Assembly: GCA_044222475.1 (NCBI GenBank)
Contig: JBGANF010000058.1
Coordinates: 1-45,061, forward strand
Reading direction: 5' to 3'
DNA length: 45,061 bases
From: Polyangiaceae bacterium
GTDB taxonomy: Bacteria > Myxococcota_A > Polyangia > Polyangiales > Polyangiaceae
Position numbers and translations under genes: made by a program. Every line of letters starts with the position of its first letter. The first letter of the stretch is position 1. Shown here piece after piece: positions 18,051 to 26,066 of this stretch. Under the pieces are notes generated by a model. That model searched no databases, was not told the DNA's origin, and saw only the letters and a list, made by a program, of their open reading frames with translations.

Positions 18051-18827
18051 TCAGGGGCCGGGGATGCCGAGCCCCGGCCAGAGCACGCGGCCCTCCTCGA
18101 TCTCGCGGACGAGCCAGCGATGGTACCCACGGGCGAGGATCCACTCGAGGCGATCCCCGCGCCAGAAGATCTTCACTCGCTCCAGGTCCAGACCCGCCGG
18201 GCCGTTCGCGAGGTGGTTCTTCATGCGCTCGAGATCCGCCTGGCACGGGGCGAGGCCGCGCATGCGCTTGTACCAGGCGAGGAGAGCCGGGTAGCGCGCG
18301 CCGTCGAAGGAGACGTCGAGCGCCTTCGCGGCCGTGAGCTGAGGAAAGAGCGCCAGGTCGGCGATCGAGAGCTCACCGCAGACGAAGTCGCCACCGGCCA
18401 GGTCGCGCTCGAGCGCGGCGTACACCTGGGCGAGATCCGCGCGCGCGGCGTCGAGGAGGCCGGCGGGCATCGTGTCGGGGCGCTCGGCCCAAGCCCAGTA
18501 CGAGATGTCGATCAGGATCGCGTCGACGACCGTGTCGGAGCAGCGCTCCCACGCGCGCGCGCGCGCCCAGCCCGCTGGCGACGCGGGGTACACCGGGCGC
18601 TCGGGGAAGACGCGCTCGAGGTACGCGACGATGTCGGACGAGTTCACCACCACCGTTCCGTCGTGAACGAGCGCCGGCACCTCGGCCCGAGCGTTCACCG
18701 CGGCGAGGGCGTCGTGGTTCTGGCGTTTCAACCCGTCGACCACGTCGTATGCGAGCTGCTTGTGATCGAGCACGAGGCGAACCTTGCGCGCGAACGGGCT
18801 GAAGGCGTTGTCGTACAGGGTGATCAT
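18051..18827 (-). CDS. Glutathione S-transferase family protein
   Basis: MITLYDNAFSPFARKVRLVL, N...EVPAL, NSSDIVAYLE, GELSIADLAL. Confidence 0.93.
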   Translation of the reverse strand: MITLYDNAFSPFARKVRLVLDHKQLAYDVVDGLKRQNHDALAAVNARAEVPALVHDGTVVVNSSDIVAYLERVFPERPVYPASPAGWARARAWERCSDTVVDAILIDISYWAWAERPDTMPAGLLDAARADLAQVYAALERDLAGGDFVCGELSIADLALFPQLTAAKALDVSFDGARYPALLAWYKRMRGLAPCQADLERMKNHLANGPAGLDLERVKIFWRGDRLEWILARGYHRWLVREIEEGRVLWPGLGIPGP

Positions 18828-18863
18828 CGCGGGATCCTGGGGTCTCGGGTGGATCTCGTCCAG

Positions 18864-18891
18864 GGAACTTTCCCACGCATTGCCTGTCGAC
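18864..18891 (+). promoter_or_regulatory. ECF-type promoter (GGAACTT-N16-TCGA) upstream of the ECF sigma gene
   Basis: GGAACTT at 18864-18870, 16-nt spacer, TCGAC at 18887-18891. RpoE-like consensus. Confidence 0.55.
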
Positions 18892-18995
18892 CTCGTATGG
18901 TCCGCGTTCGCGAGCTTCCCCGCCAGGACCGCGAAGCGGTGGAGCTTGCGCATGATCCTCGCGACCTCGGGGAACTCCTTCTAGGATGGCGCGAC

Positions 18996-19598
18996 GTGGA
19001 CGGAGGCGAGCTCGAACAAAAACTGGTCGAACGGCTCATCGCGCGCGACGAGCGCGCGTTCAACGAGCTCGTGCGAACCTACGAGCGTCGCGTCTTCGCT
19101 CTCGTGTTTCGCATGCTGGGCAACCGCGCCGAAGCCGAGGATCTCGCGCAGGAGGTCTTCATCCAGGTCTTCAAGGCGATCGGCACGTTCCGCGGCGAGT
19201 CGAAGCTCTCGACGTGGATCTACCGCATCGCGATCAACCTCTGTAAGAACCGCGCGAAGTACCTGCGCGTCCGCCACACCGACGCTCAGGACGAGCTCGA
19301 AGAGGTCGCCGAGCGCGTCCCGCTCGGAGAAGCGCGACGCGCGAACGTCGGTCAGGTCGAGCGCCCCGACGAGATGGTCTCGGGCAAGCAGGTCGAGGTG
19401 ATCGTGCAGCGCGCGATCGCCCAGGTCGAAGAGAGCTTTCGCGAATGCCTCGTGCTACGTGACGTGGAAGAGCTCAGCTACGAGGAGATCGGTGAGATCA
19501 CCGGCCTCCCGCCAGGAACGGTGAAGAGCCGCATCTTTCGCGCGCGTGCCCAATTGAAGGAGATCGTGGAGCGCGAGCTGGGGGAGAAGATTCGATGA
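18996..19598 (+). CDS. ECF RNA polymerase sigma factor
   Basis: DERAFNELVRTY, AEDLAQEVF, FRGESKLSTWIYRIAIN, LSYEEIGEI...GTVKSRIFRAR. GTG start inferred. Confidence 0.95.
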   Translation: MDGGELEQKLVERLIARDERAFNELVRTYERRVFALVFRMLGNRAEAEDLAQEVFIQVFKAIGTFRGESKLSTWIYRIAINLCKNRAKYLRVRHTDAQDELEEVAERVPLGEARRANVGQVERPDEMVSGKQVEVIVQRAIAQVEESFRECLVLRDVEELSYEEIGEITGLPPGTVKSRIFRARAQLKEIVERELGEKIR

Positions 19599-19900
19599 GC
19601 GACGAGACGCCCAAGCCGCCGGAAGAGGAAGCCATCCCCGAGGAAGAAGGGGAAGAGGACGACGCGATGCGCGCGCTCCTCAAGCGGTCGCTCGAGGTGA
19701 AGCCGGACGAGCGTCGAGACAAGCCGATCCTCGCCGAGGTCCAGCGCAAGATCCGGCAGCGCTCGAAGGGGAAGTTCTACAACGACGGCTGGAGCACGAC
19801 GGGGACGCGCGTGAACTACGCGTTGATCGCGGTGCTCATGCTGCTCGTGGTCGCGCTCGCGTATTTCGCGCTGGGTCCGGTGGGTCTCACCGCGCACTGA
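19595..19900 (+). CDS. Small single-TM protein, putative anti-sigma factor
   Basis: ATGA-coupled to the sigma gene. Acidic N-terminus, ILAEVQRKIRQRSKGKFY, C-terminal TM. Confidence 0.65.
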   Translation: MSDETPKPPEEEAIPEEEGEEDDAMRALLKRSLEVKPDERRDKPILAEVQRKIRQRSKGKFYNDGWSTTGTRVNYALIAVLMLLVVALAYFALGPVGLTAH

Positions 19901-19953
19901 TCCGTTCCCGCCCCCGTCCCCGTCCCCATCCCCGAGGCTGCTAGCATCGCGGG

Positions 19954-20910
19954 ATGCTCCATCGTCGGATCACTTCGCTCGTGCTCATGAACCTCGGCGT
20001 GCTCGCCGCATGCAAGGCGGGCGAGGGGGCACCACCCGCGGAGGGCTCTTCGCCGACCGCATCCGCTTCCGTGACCGCTTCCGCTTCCGCTTCCGCTTCC
20101 GCTTCCGCTTCCGCATCCGCTTCCGCATCCGCTTCCGCTTCCGCATCCGCTTCCGCTTCCGCATCCGCTTCCGCTTCCGTTCTTGGAAAGACTTGCCGCA
20201 CCGCCGCAGACTGTCCCGGTGCGTATTGCGCTCTCGATTTCGACGGCGCGAGCTTCTCGAAGACCGGAACGTGCGTCGCTCAGCGGCCCACCTACAAAGG
20301 TCGGCCGCTCGTCGTCAGCGGAGAAGCTCACGTGGCGGTCGTCCGTGGGGCCGACTCCGATCGTCCCAAGGTGGTACGACTCCGTGAATCTGCCCTCGAA
20401 GAGCACGCGAGCATCGGGGCGTTCGCGCGGACGATCTGCGAGCTCATGGCGCTCGGAGCGCCGTCGTGGCTCGTGTCACTCACGACGCAAGCCATGGCCG
20501 ACGAGATCCGCCACACCGACGACACGTTCGCCTGGGTCGAGCGCCTCGGCGGCGGCTCGTTCCGTCCAGGTCCGCTCGCCGCCGCGGTCGCGCACCTTCG
20601 CAGCGGTCCCGGAGCGGCCGCCGAGCTCTACCGCGACGTCTTCCGCGGCGGCGCCGTCGGCGAAACGCTCGCCGCCGCGCACGCCGACGAAGAGAGCCGC
20701 GCGACCGACGACCCCGAGCTCCGCGCGTTCCACGCCGGCATCGCAGAAGACGAAGCGCGCCACGCCGCGCTCGCGTTCCGGACGCTGCGCTGGCTCGTCG
20801 AGACGTTCCCCGATCTCGCCGCCGTGCGCGACGCGGAGGTTGCCAGTTTCCGCGCATCCGCGAGCCGCGATGCGCGGTCTCTGGTCGACCCGCTCCTGTC
20901 GGTGCTCTGA
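19954..20910 (+). CDS. Lipoprotein with ferritin-like (di-iron) domain and Ser-Ala linker
   Basis: LAAC lipobox, (SA)n, GRPL, EEHASIGAF, DEIRH, GETLAA, EDEARH. Confidence 0.85.
   Translation: MLHRRITSLVLMNLGVLAACKAGEGAPPAEGSSPTASASVTASASASASASASASASASASASASASASASASASVLGKTCRTAADCPGAYCALDFDGASFSKTGTCVAQRPTYKGRPLVVSGEAHVAVVRGADSDRPKVVRLRESALEEHASIGAFARTICELMALGAPSWLVSLTTQAMADEIRHTDDTFAWVERLGGGSFRPGPLAAAVAHLRSGPGAAAELYRDVFRGGAVGETLAAAHADEESRATDDPELRAFHAGIAEDEARHAALAFRTLRWLVETFPDLAAVRDAEVASFRASASRDARSLVDPLLSVL
20077..20178. repeat. Hexanucleotide tandem repeat (GCWTCC)x17 encoding Ala-Ser
   Basis: 17 consecutive GCTTCC/GCATCC units. Confidence 0.95.
20363..20377. repeat. Dispersed 15-bp palindrome copy 4 (GTCCCAAGGTGGTAC)
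   Basis: Exact consensus match. Encodes RPKVVR with CGT/GTA/CGA codons. Confidence 0.8.
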
Positions 20911-20944
20911 GCTCGCCTGAAGGCCCTTCCCCATCCGAGGCGCC

Positions 20945-20973
20945 TTGCGATCTTGCTACTCCGGTAGTAATTT
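20945..20973 (+). promoter_or_regulatory. Sigma-70-like promoter with overlapping palindrome for the vapBC-like operon
   Basis: TTGCGA-N17-TAATTT and TTGCTAC-tccg-GTAGTAA (20953-20970). Confidence 0.55.
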
Positions 20974-20979
20974 CGAGGA

Positions 20980-21204
20980 ATGGCGAACGCGCTCAAAGTC
21001 AGCATCTCGGTCGAGGAGAAGGATCTCCGCTGGCTCCGCGCGCGAGCGAAGCGGCGGGGGGGGAACCTCTCCGCCGTGTTCGCCGAAGCGACGCGGCTCC
21101 TTCGGCAGCGCGAAGCGCGAGAGCGTCTTCTGGAGCGTTTCGGAAGCGACGCACACGTTGGCCCCGAAGAGGCGGAGAAGATTCGAAGCGAATGGCGGGA
21201 CTGA
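20980..21204 (+). CDS. Ribbon-helix-helix antitoxin (VapB-like)
   Basis: KVSISV...LRWLRARAKR.GGNLSAVFAEA RHH pattern. Overlaps the PIN gene by 13 bp. Confidence 0.75.
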   Translation: MANALKVSISVEEKDLRWLRARAKRRGGNLSAVFAEATRLLRQREARERLLERFGSDAHVGPEEAEKIRSEWRD

Positions 21205-21566
21205 CGTTCGACACCGGCGCGCTCATCAGCCTCGAGCGTCGTCGCCATCGCATGCGACGTGTCCTCGCGATCGCCATCGCCGATGTGGTGCGGGTGACCG
21301 TGCCCGTTGCAGTCGTCGCCGAGTGGTGGCGCAAGCGGACGGACCTCGCGGAAGAAATCTTGGCCGCGGTCGACGTGGAGCCGATGGACGACCTGCTCGC
21401 GAAGCGCGCGGGCGAGGCGCAAGCCGCGGTACGCGGCGCAACGACCGTCGACGCCATCGTGATGGCCTCCGCCGCTCGTCGAGGCGACGTCGTGTACACG
21501 GCCGACTTCGCCGATCTCTCTCGACTTCAGCGACATTTTCCTTCGGTACGCGTCCTCGCGGTCTGA
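21192..21566 (+). CDS. PIN-domain toxin (VapC-like)
   Basis: LTFDTGALI, VVAEWW, VDAIVMASA, VYTADFADL acidic PIN residues. Confidence 0.9.
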   Translation: MAGLTFDTGALISLERRRHRMRRVLAIAIADVVRVTVPVAVVAEWWRKRTDLAEEILAAVDVEPMDDLLAKRAGEAQAAVRGATTVDAIVMASAARRGDVVYTADFADLSRLQRHFPSVRVLAV

Positions 21567-21572
21567 TCCACG

Positions 21573-22841
21573 TCACTCCGCCGCCACCGGCGCCGGGGTG
21601 TGCACCGCGAGCGCTTCGTCCTCGGACGCCGGGAGCTTCTGCCGCGCGATGAGCACCGCGGCGAGGAGCGTCCCGATCGCGCCGAAGAGCATCGTCGTGC
21701 GCTCTCGGGTGTGCTCGGCGAGGATGCCCCCTGCCGCCGCACCCATGGTCCACACGAACATGAACACGAGCTGGTACGTCGCGCTCACGCGCGATTTCAC
21801 CCACGCCGGCGACAAGAGCTGGCAGATCGCCTTCAGCGTCGAGAACGTTCCGAGCCACGCCACCCCCACCGGGAAGTACAGCAGCGTCGCGATCACCACC
21901 GAGCTCGTTCGGCTGATGCCGAGCATCGACAGCGCGTAGATGACCGAAAGCGTCGGCACGAGCACCTTCGGTCCGAACGCGCGGCGGATCCGCTTCGACA
22001 TCACGCCGAACGTGATCGCACCTGCGCCCATCGAGCCGAGGAGCACGCCGTATCCGGTCGCCGACGTGCCGAGCTCGTGCTTCGCGAACGCCGGCATGAT
22101 CGACATGACCGCCGCCGTCGGGATGCAGAACGCCGACAGCGCGAGGAACACCGCGCGCAGGCGCGCCGACCGGAGCACCACGCGCAGCGGCGCCACGAAC
22201 GACTCGCGCAAGCTCGCGCCGCGCGCTTCTTCGGGGACGATGCGCGGCTTCTCCGACGCCGTGCGGATGTCGCGGTAGCGGAAGAGCACCCACGCCACGC
22301 CGAGGAAGCTGAGCGCGTTCACGACGAACGCGGCCGCCGGCCCGGAGAGCCCGAGGATGAGCCCACCGAGCGCCGGTCCCGACGCGCGCGCGATGTTGAA
22401 CGCGATGGAGTTCAGCGTCACCGCTTCGGACGTCTGCTCGCGCGGCACGAGCTCGGGGATGAGCGTCTCCCACGGAGGACCGGCGAGCGCCGAGCCGATC
22501 GCGAGCCCCGCGCTCGCCACGAGCAGGCCCAGCGGACTGATCCATCCGAGCCAGGTCGGGATCGCCAGGCCCACCGCCACGAACGCGAGCACGATCTGCG
22601 ACGTCAGCAGCAGCTTCCGTCGGTCCGCCCGGTCGGCGAGCACCCCCACCGGCAGGGTGAGCACCATGTAGGGCACCGTGAAGCTCGTCGTCAGCATCGA
22701 GACGAGGAGAGGGCTCTTCGTCATCGAGAGCATCAACCAGCTCTCACCCACGTCCTGAACCCACGTCCCCACGTACGAAAAGATCGAGGCGATCCAGATC
22801 GCGCGAAACGCAGGAAAGGAAAGTGGGGTTCTTGGGGACAT
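21573..22841 (-). CDS. MFS transporter (MFS_3/EntS-like)
   Basis: FRAIWIASIFSYVGTWVQDVG, GVLADRADRRKLL, LNSIAFNIARASGPALGG, many TM helices. Confidence 0.93.
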   Translation of the reverse strand: MSPRTPLSFPAFRAIWIASIFSYVGTWVQDVGESWLMLSMTKSPLLVSMLTTSFTVPYMVLTLPVGVLADRADRRKLLLTSQIVLAFVAVGLAIPTWLGWISPLGLLVASAGLAIGSALAGPPWETLIPELVPREQTSEAVTLNSIAFNIARASGPALGGLILGLSGPAAAFVVNALSFLGVAWVLFRYRDIRTASEKPRIVPEEARGASLRESFVAPLRVVLRSARLRAVFLALSAFCIPTAAVMSIMPAFAKHELGTSATGYGVLLGSMGAGAITFGVMSKRIRRAFGPKVLVPTLSVIYALSMLGISRTSSVVIATLLYFPVGVAWLGTFSTLKAICQLLSPAWVKSRVSATYQLVFMFVWTMGAAAGGILAEHTRERTTMLFGAIGTLLAAVLIARQKLPASEDEALAVHTPAPVAAE

Positions 22842-23018
22842 GGGAAACCAGACGACCCGGCGCTGAGATGCTGACGCGCCGCGCCACACTCAGCAAGTGG
22901 GCTCTAGGGTCGCACCCCGCCTCAGGAAACCCAGAATTTTCGGGTGCCAGCGGCAGAGCTAGCGATCTCCCATCCATCCGCTAGGCTCCGCGCTCCTTTG
23001 GTGCTCTGGAGGTCGGCG

Positions 23019-24263
23019 ATGCGTGCAATCTACACTTGTTTCTTGGGCGCGTTCGTTCTCGCGTGTGGCGGGTCGGTGGCGGGCTCGACCCCCGATCCCG
23101 TCACCGATGCAGGCCCGGTCGACGACGCCGCGCCCGACGCGGCCGTCGCGAGCTACCCCGCGTTCCTCCCCGACATGCCGCGCGTCATCGCGTCGGGTGG
23201 TCCGGTCCTCAAGGCGCCGAGCGTCACGCCGGTGTTCTTCCCCGGCTTCTCGTTCCCGACCGAGATGACGGAGTTCACCGCCAAGATCGGCGCCAGCAAG
23301 TACTGGGAGGCGCTCTCCGAGTACGGCATCGGCCCCATCACCCAGAGCGCGCCGATCGCGCTCACCACCGATCAGATCGTCCCCGCCGACATCGGTCCGA
23401 TCACCGACGAGCAGATCCAGGCCTGGCTCATCGCGCGCTTCGACGGGACGCACCCCGAGTTCGGCAACGACCCCGACACGACCAGCATCTACACGCTCTT
23501 CTATCCGGCGCAGACGGTCATCACGCTCCAGAACAGCAAGAGCTGCCAGAGCTTCGGCGGCTACCACGGCAACGTCACCATCAAGGGTCAGCTCGTCGCC
23601 TACGCGGTCATCCCGCAGTGTCCGTCGTTCGGCGGTCAGAAGGCGGTCGACGGCGTGAGCTCGGTGACCAGCCACGAGCTCTCCGAGGCGGTGACCGATC
23701 CGTTTCCGTTCGACGATCCGGCGTACACCCAGGTCGACAGCGCGCACTACGGGTGGATGTTCTACTTGGGCGGCGGCGAGATCGGCGACCTGTGCGCGCA
23801 GTTCTCGGCGTCGCTCTCGAAGCCGGCCGACATCGGGTACACGGTTCAGAGCAACTGGTCGAACGCGAACGCGAAGGCCGGTCACGATCCCTGCCAGCCC
23901 GCGCCCGACGGTCAGGTCTACTTCAACTCGATGCCGGCCCTGAACGACAAGATCATGTCGCGCGGCGCATCGACCAAGGGCGTCAAGGTCGCGGTCGGCG
24001 AGACGAAGGTGATCCCGGTGTCGCTCTACAGCGACGCACCGACGAGCGGCCCGTGGACGGTCACGGTGACGAGCCAGAACCGCAACGGCACGTCGCCCTT
24101 CAAGTACGCGCTCGACAAGTCGAGTGGCAAGAACGGCGACGTGCTCAACCTCTCGATCACCGGCGTGACCGCGGTGACGGGCCAGTCCGGTTCGTCGACG
24201 TTCGTCGTGACGTCGCAGCTGGGGAGCCGGCGCAACATCTGGATCGGGTTGGCAGCGAACTGA
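23019..24263 (+). CDS. Lipoprotein with Phi-1/EXORDIUM-like domain
   Basis: VLAC lipobox, GGPVL, C..FGGYH, SHELSEAVTDP, GEIGDLC, VQSNWSN. GGAGG RBS. Confidence 0.7.
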   Translation: MRAIYTCFLGAFVLACGGSVAGSTPDPVTDAGPVDDAAPDAAVASYPAFLPDMPRVIASGGPVLKAPSVTPVFFPGFSFPTEMTEFTAKIGASKYWEALSEYGIGPITQSAPIALTTDQIVPADIGPITDEQIQAWLIARFDGTHPEFGNDPDTTSIYTLFYPAQTVITLQNSKSCQSFGGYHGNVTIKGQLVAYAVIPQCPSFGGQKAVDGVSSVTSHELSEAVTDPFPFDDPAYTQVDSAHYGWMFYLGGGEIGDLCAQFSASLSKPADIGYTVQSNWSNANAKAGHDPCQPAPDGQVYFNSMPALNDKIMSRGASTKGVKVAVGETKVIPVSLYSDAPTSGPWTVTVTSQNRNGTSPFKYALDKSSGKNGDVLNLSITGVTAVTGQSGSSTFVVTSQLGSRRNIWIGLAAN

Positions 24264-24295
24264 GCCTGCGGCCGACGAACCCGTTTTCGCGGCTT

Positions 24296-24527
24296 GGCGC
24301 CCCGGACTGAAGTCCGGGGCAGCAACGGACCCGTTTCGGAACTCGCCCAAAGTCCGCCCAGGAGGGCGGACTCCCGATTTGGAAAAGGTCCCAAATTGGT
24401 ACACATGTCACCTGGGCGCAGTCGCTCGCGCCTGGTGCTCCGGCATCATGAGCCCGCCCTCCTGGGCGGGCTTTGGTCGAGAATGGCACCGAGCCCGATG
24501 CTGCCCCGGACTTCAGTCCGGGGCGCC
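24296..24527. repeat. REP/REPIN-like nested palindromic element
   Basis: Perfect 29-bp inverted repeat GGCGCCCCGGACTGAAGTCCGGGGCAGCA (24296-24324 / 24499-24527), each arm itself a hairpin. Inner 31-bp inverted repeat 24343-24373 / 24450-24480 (3 mismatches). Confidence 0.85.
24388..24402. repeat. Dispersed 15-bp palindrome copy 5 (GTCCCAAATTGGTAC), intergenic
   Basis: Exact consensus match in the loop of the REP-like element. Confidence 0.8.
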
Positions 24528-24554
24528 CAGCTCCGCACCGAGCTGGTTAGAGGA

Positions 24555-25322
24555 TCACGACAGCCAGCGGGCCAGCACGACCGTGATGTTGTCCGGCCCG
24601 CCGTTCTGATTCGCGCGCTCGATGAGCTTCGTCGCCGCGCCCTTGAGATCGGGCGTGGCCGTCACGATCTCGAGCATCTCGGGATCGGTGACCGGGCCCG
24701 AGAGCCCGTCGGAGCAGAGGAGGTACGTGTCGCCCGCGCGCGGCTGCTCGTAGCGCGTGTCCACCTTGACGGTGTCCTTCATGCCGAGAGCGCGAACGAT
24801 GACGTTCTTGTGCGGGAAGTTCGCGATCTCTTCCGGCGTGAGCCGCTTCATCTTGATGTAGTCGTTGAGGAGCGAGTGGTCCTCGGTCATCTGCTCGAGC
24901 TTGCCGTCGCGCACTCGGTAGACGCGGCTGTCACCCACGTGGGCGACGTAGACGCCGTCTTCGACCGCGAACATCGTCACGATCGTCGTGCCCATGCCGC
25001 GCTGCCGCGGGTCGCGCTGCGCGCTCTCGTAGATGCGGAGGTTCGCCAGCTTGATCCCGGTGATCAGGCGGTTCTCCTCGTAGCCCTTCGAGCGGTCCAT
25101 CTTGTAGGGCCACGTCCGCTCCGGATCTTGAGCGGTGGCGGCGAAGAACTCGCGCAGCGAGTCGACCGCCATTTTGCTCGCGACCTCACCGGAGGCGTGA
25201 CCGCCCATTCCGTCGGCGACGATGTAGAGCCCCGCGTCCTCGAGGATCGAGAAATTGTCCTCGTTGTGCTGACGCTTCATGCCGACGTTCGTCTCGCCGG
25301 CGACCTCGATTCGCAGAGCCAC
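24555..25322 (-). CDS. PP2C-family Ser/Thr phosphatase (Stp1/PrpC-like)
   Basis: GMKRQHNED, VADGMGGH, GMGTT, HVGDSRVY, TEDHS, LLCSDGL, GGPDNIT. Confidence 0.97.
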   Translation of the reverse strand: MALRIEVAGETNVGMKRQHNEDNFSILEDAGLYIVADGMGGHASGEVASKMAVDSLREFFAATAQDPERTWPYKMDRSKGYEENRLITGIKLANLRIYESAQRDPRQRGMGTTIVTMFAVEDGVYVAHVGDSRVYRVRDGKLEQMTEDHSLLNDYIKMKRLTPEEIANFPHKNVIVRALGMKDTVKVDTRYEQPRAGDTYLLCSDGLSGPVTDPEMLEIVTATPDLKGAATKLIERANQNGGPDNITVVLARWLS

Positions 25323-25370
25323 TCTGGGTACCCTTCCGAATGGAGCACACTACCACGAGAGGTGGGGCCT

Positions 25371-26066
25371 ATGGCTACGGTCACGATTCATAGAAAAAAT
25401 CCCGGCGGGAGCGGGGAGACGTTCCTCCTTGATTTGGCCGTTGCGGCCGAATCGCTGCAGAAGCGGGGGGTTCTTCCCGGCGCGTTCGGCTACGACCGGG
25501 CGGCCCACCTGTTCCGTACGCTCCAGGCGGAAGGTTCCGATCCGGTCGATCTCCTGCCGGCCGCGTACCCGACCAGCTGGATGGTGAACTCCAAGGCGAG
25601 CTCCCGGACCTTCGTCCAGTGGGCGCTGATGGAGGAGACGTGGCGGAGCGTGTTCGACGTGTTGAAGTTCGATCGCTCGCTCGAGGAGTGGCGAAAGCTC
25701 GACGCGAGTGATCGCGAGCGCGTCGCGAAGGACGTGACGGCGCTGGCGACGGCGCCGGGCGCGACGCTCGTCGCGGTGACGAAGGTGCTCACGCTCCTCG
25801 TGCCCCAGCTCGTGCCGTTGATGGACGACGCGGCAATCCACTGGGCGATCGGGACCGTGGCGGATCCGACGACGGCGGACGATCCCAAAGCGGGACCGGA
25901 GCAGTTTCTCCCGATGATGGACTGGTTCGCGGAAGAGACGGCGCGCTCGGAAGCGGGGCTCATCGAGCTCGCGCGAGGGCACGAGCTGGCCGTGCTCGAC
26001 GCGCCGCAGGTGCTCGATCGAATCCTGTGGTTCGAGTCGTGGGGCCGAAAGCTGCTGAAGGGATGA
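25371..26066 (+). CDS. Hypothetical protein, DUF6308-like
   Basis: PGATLVAVTKVLTLLVPQLVPLMD and QVLDRILW resemble the DUF6308 pattern (from recollection). Confidence 0.6.
   Translation: MATVTIHRKNPGGSGETFLLDLAVAAESLQKRGVLPGAFGYDRAAHLFRTLQAEGSDPVDLLPAAYPTSWMVNSKASSRTFVQWALMEETWRSVFDVLKFDRSLEEWRKLDASDRERVAKDVTALATAPGATLVAVTKVLTLLVPQLVPLMDDAAIHWAIGTVADPTTADDPKAGPEQFLPMMDWFAEETARSEAGLIELARGHELAVLDAPQVLDRILWFESWGRKLLKG
25882..25896. repeat. Dispersed 15-bp palindrome copy 6 (ATCCCAAAGCGGGAC, 1 mismatch)
   Basis: Encodes DPKAGP with GAT/AAA/GGA codons. Confidence 0.6.

Noticed and set aside
19901..19935. C-rich hexamer run (CCCGTC-like) after the anti-sigma candidate
   Set aside because: Short, degenerate low-complexity sequence with no partner arm or supportable function.
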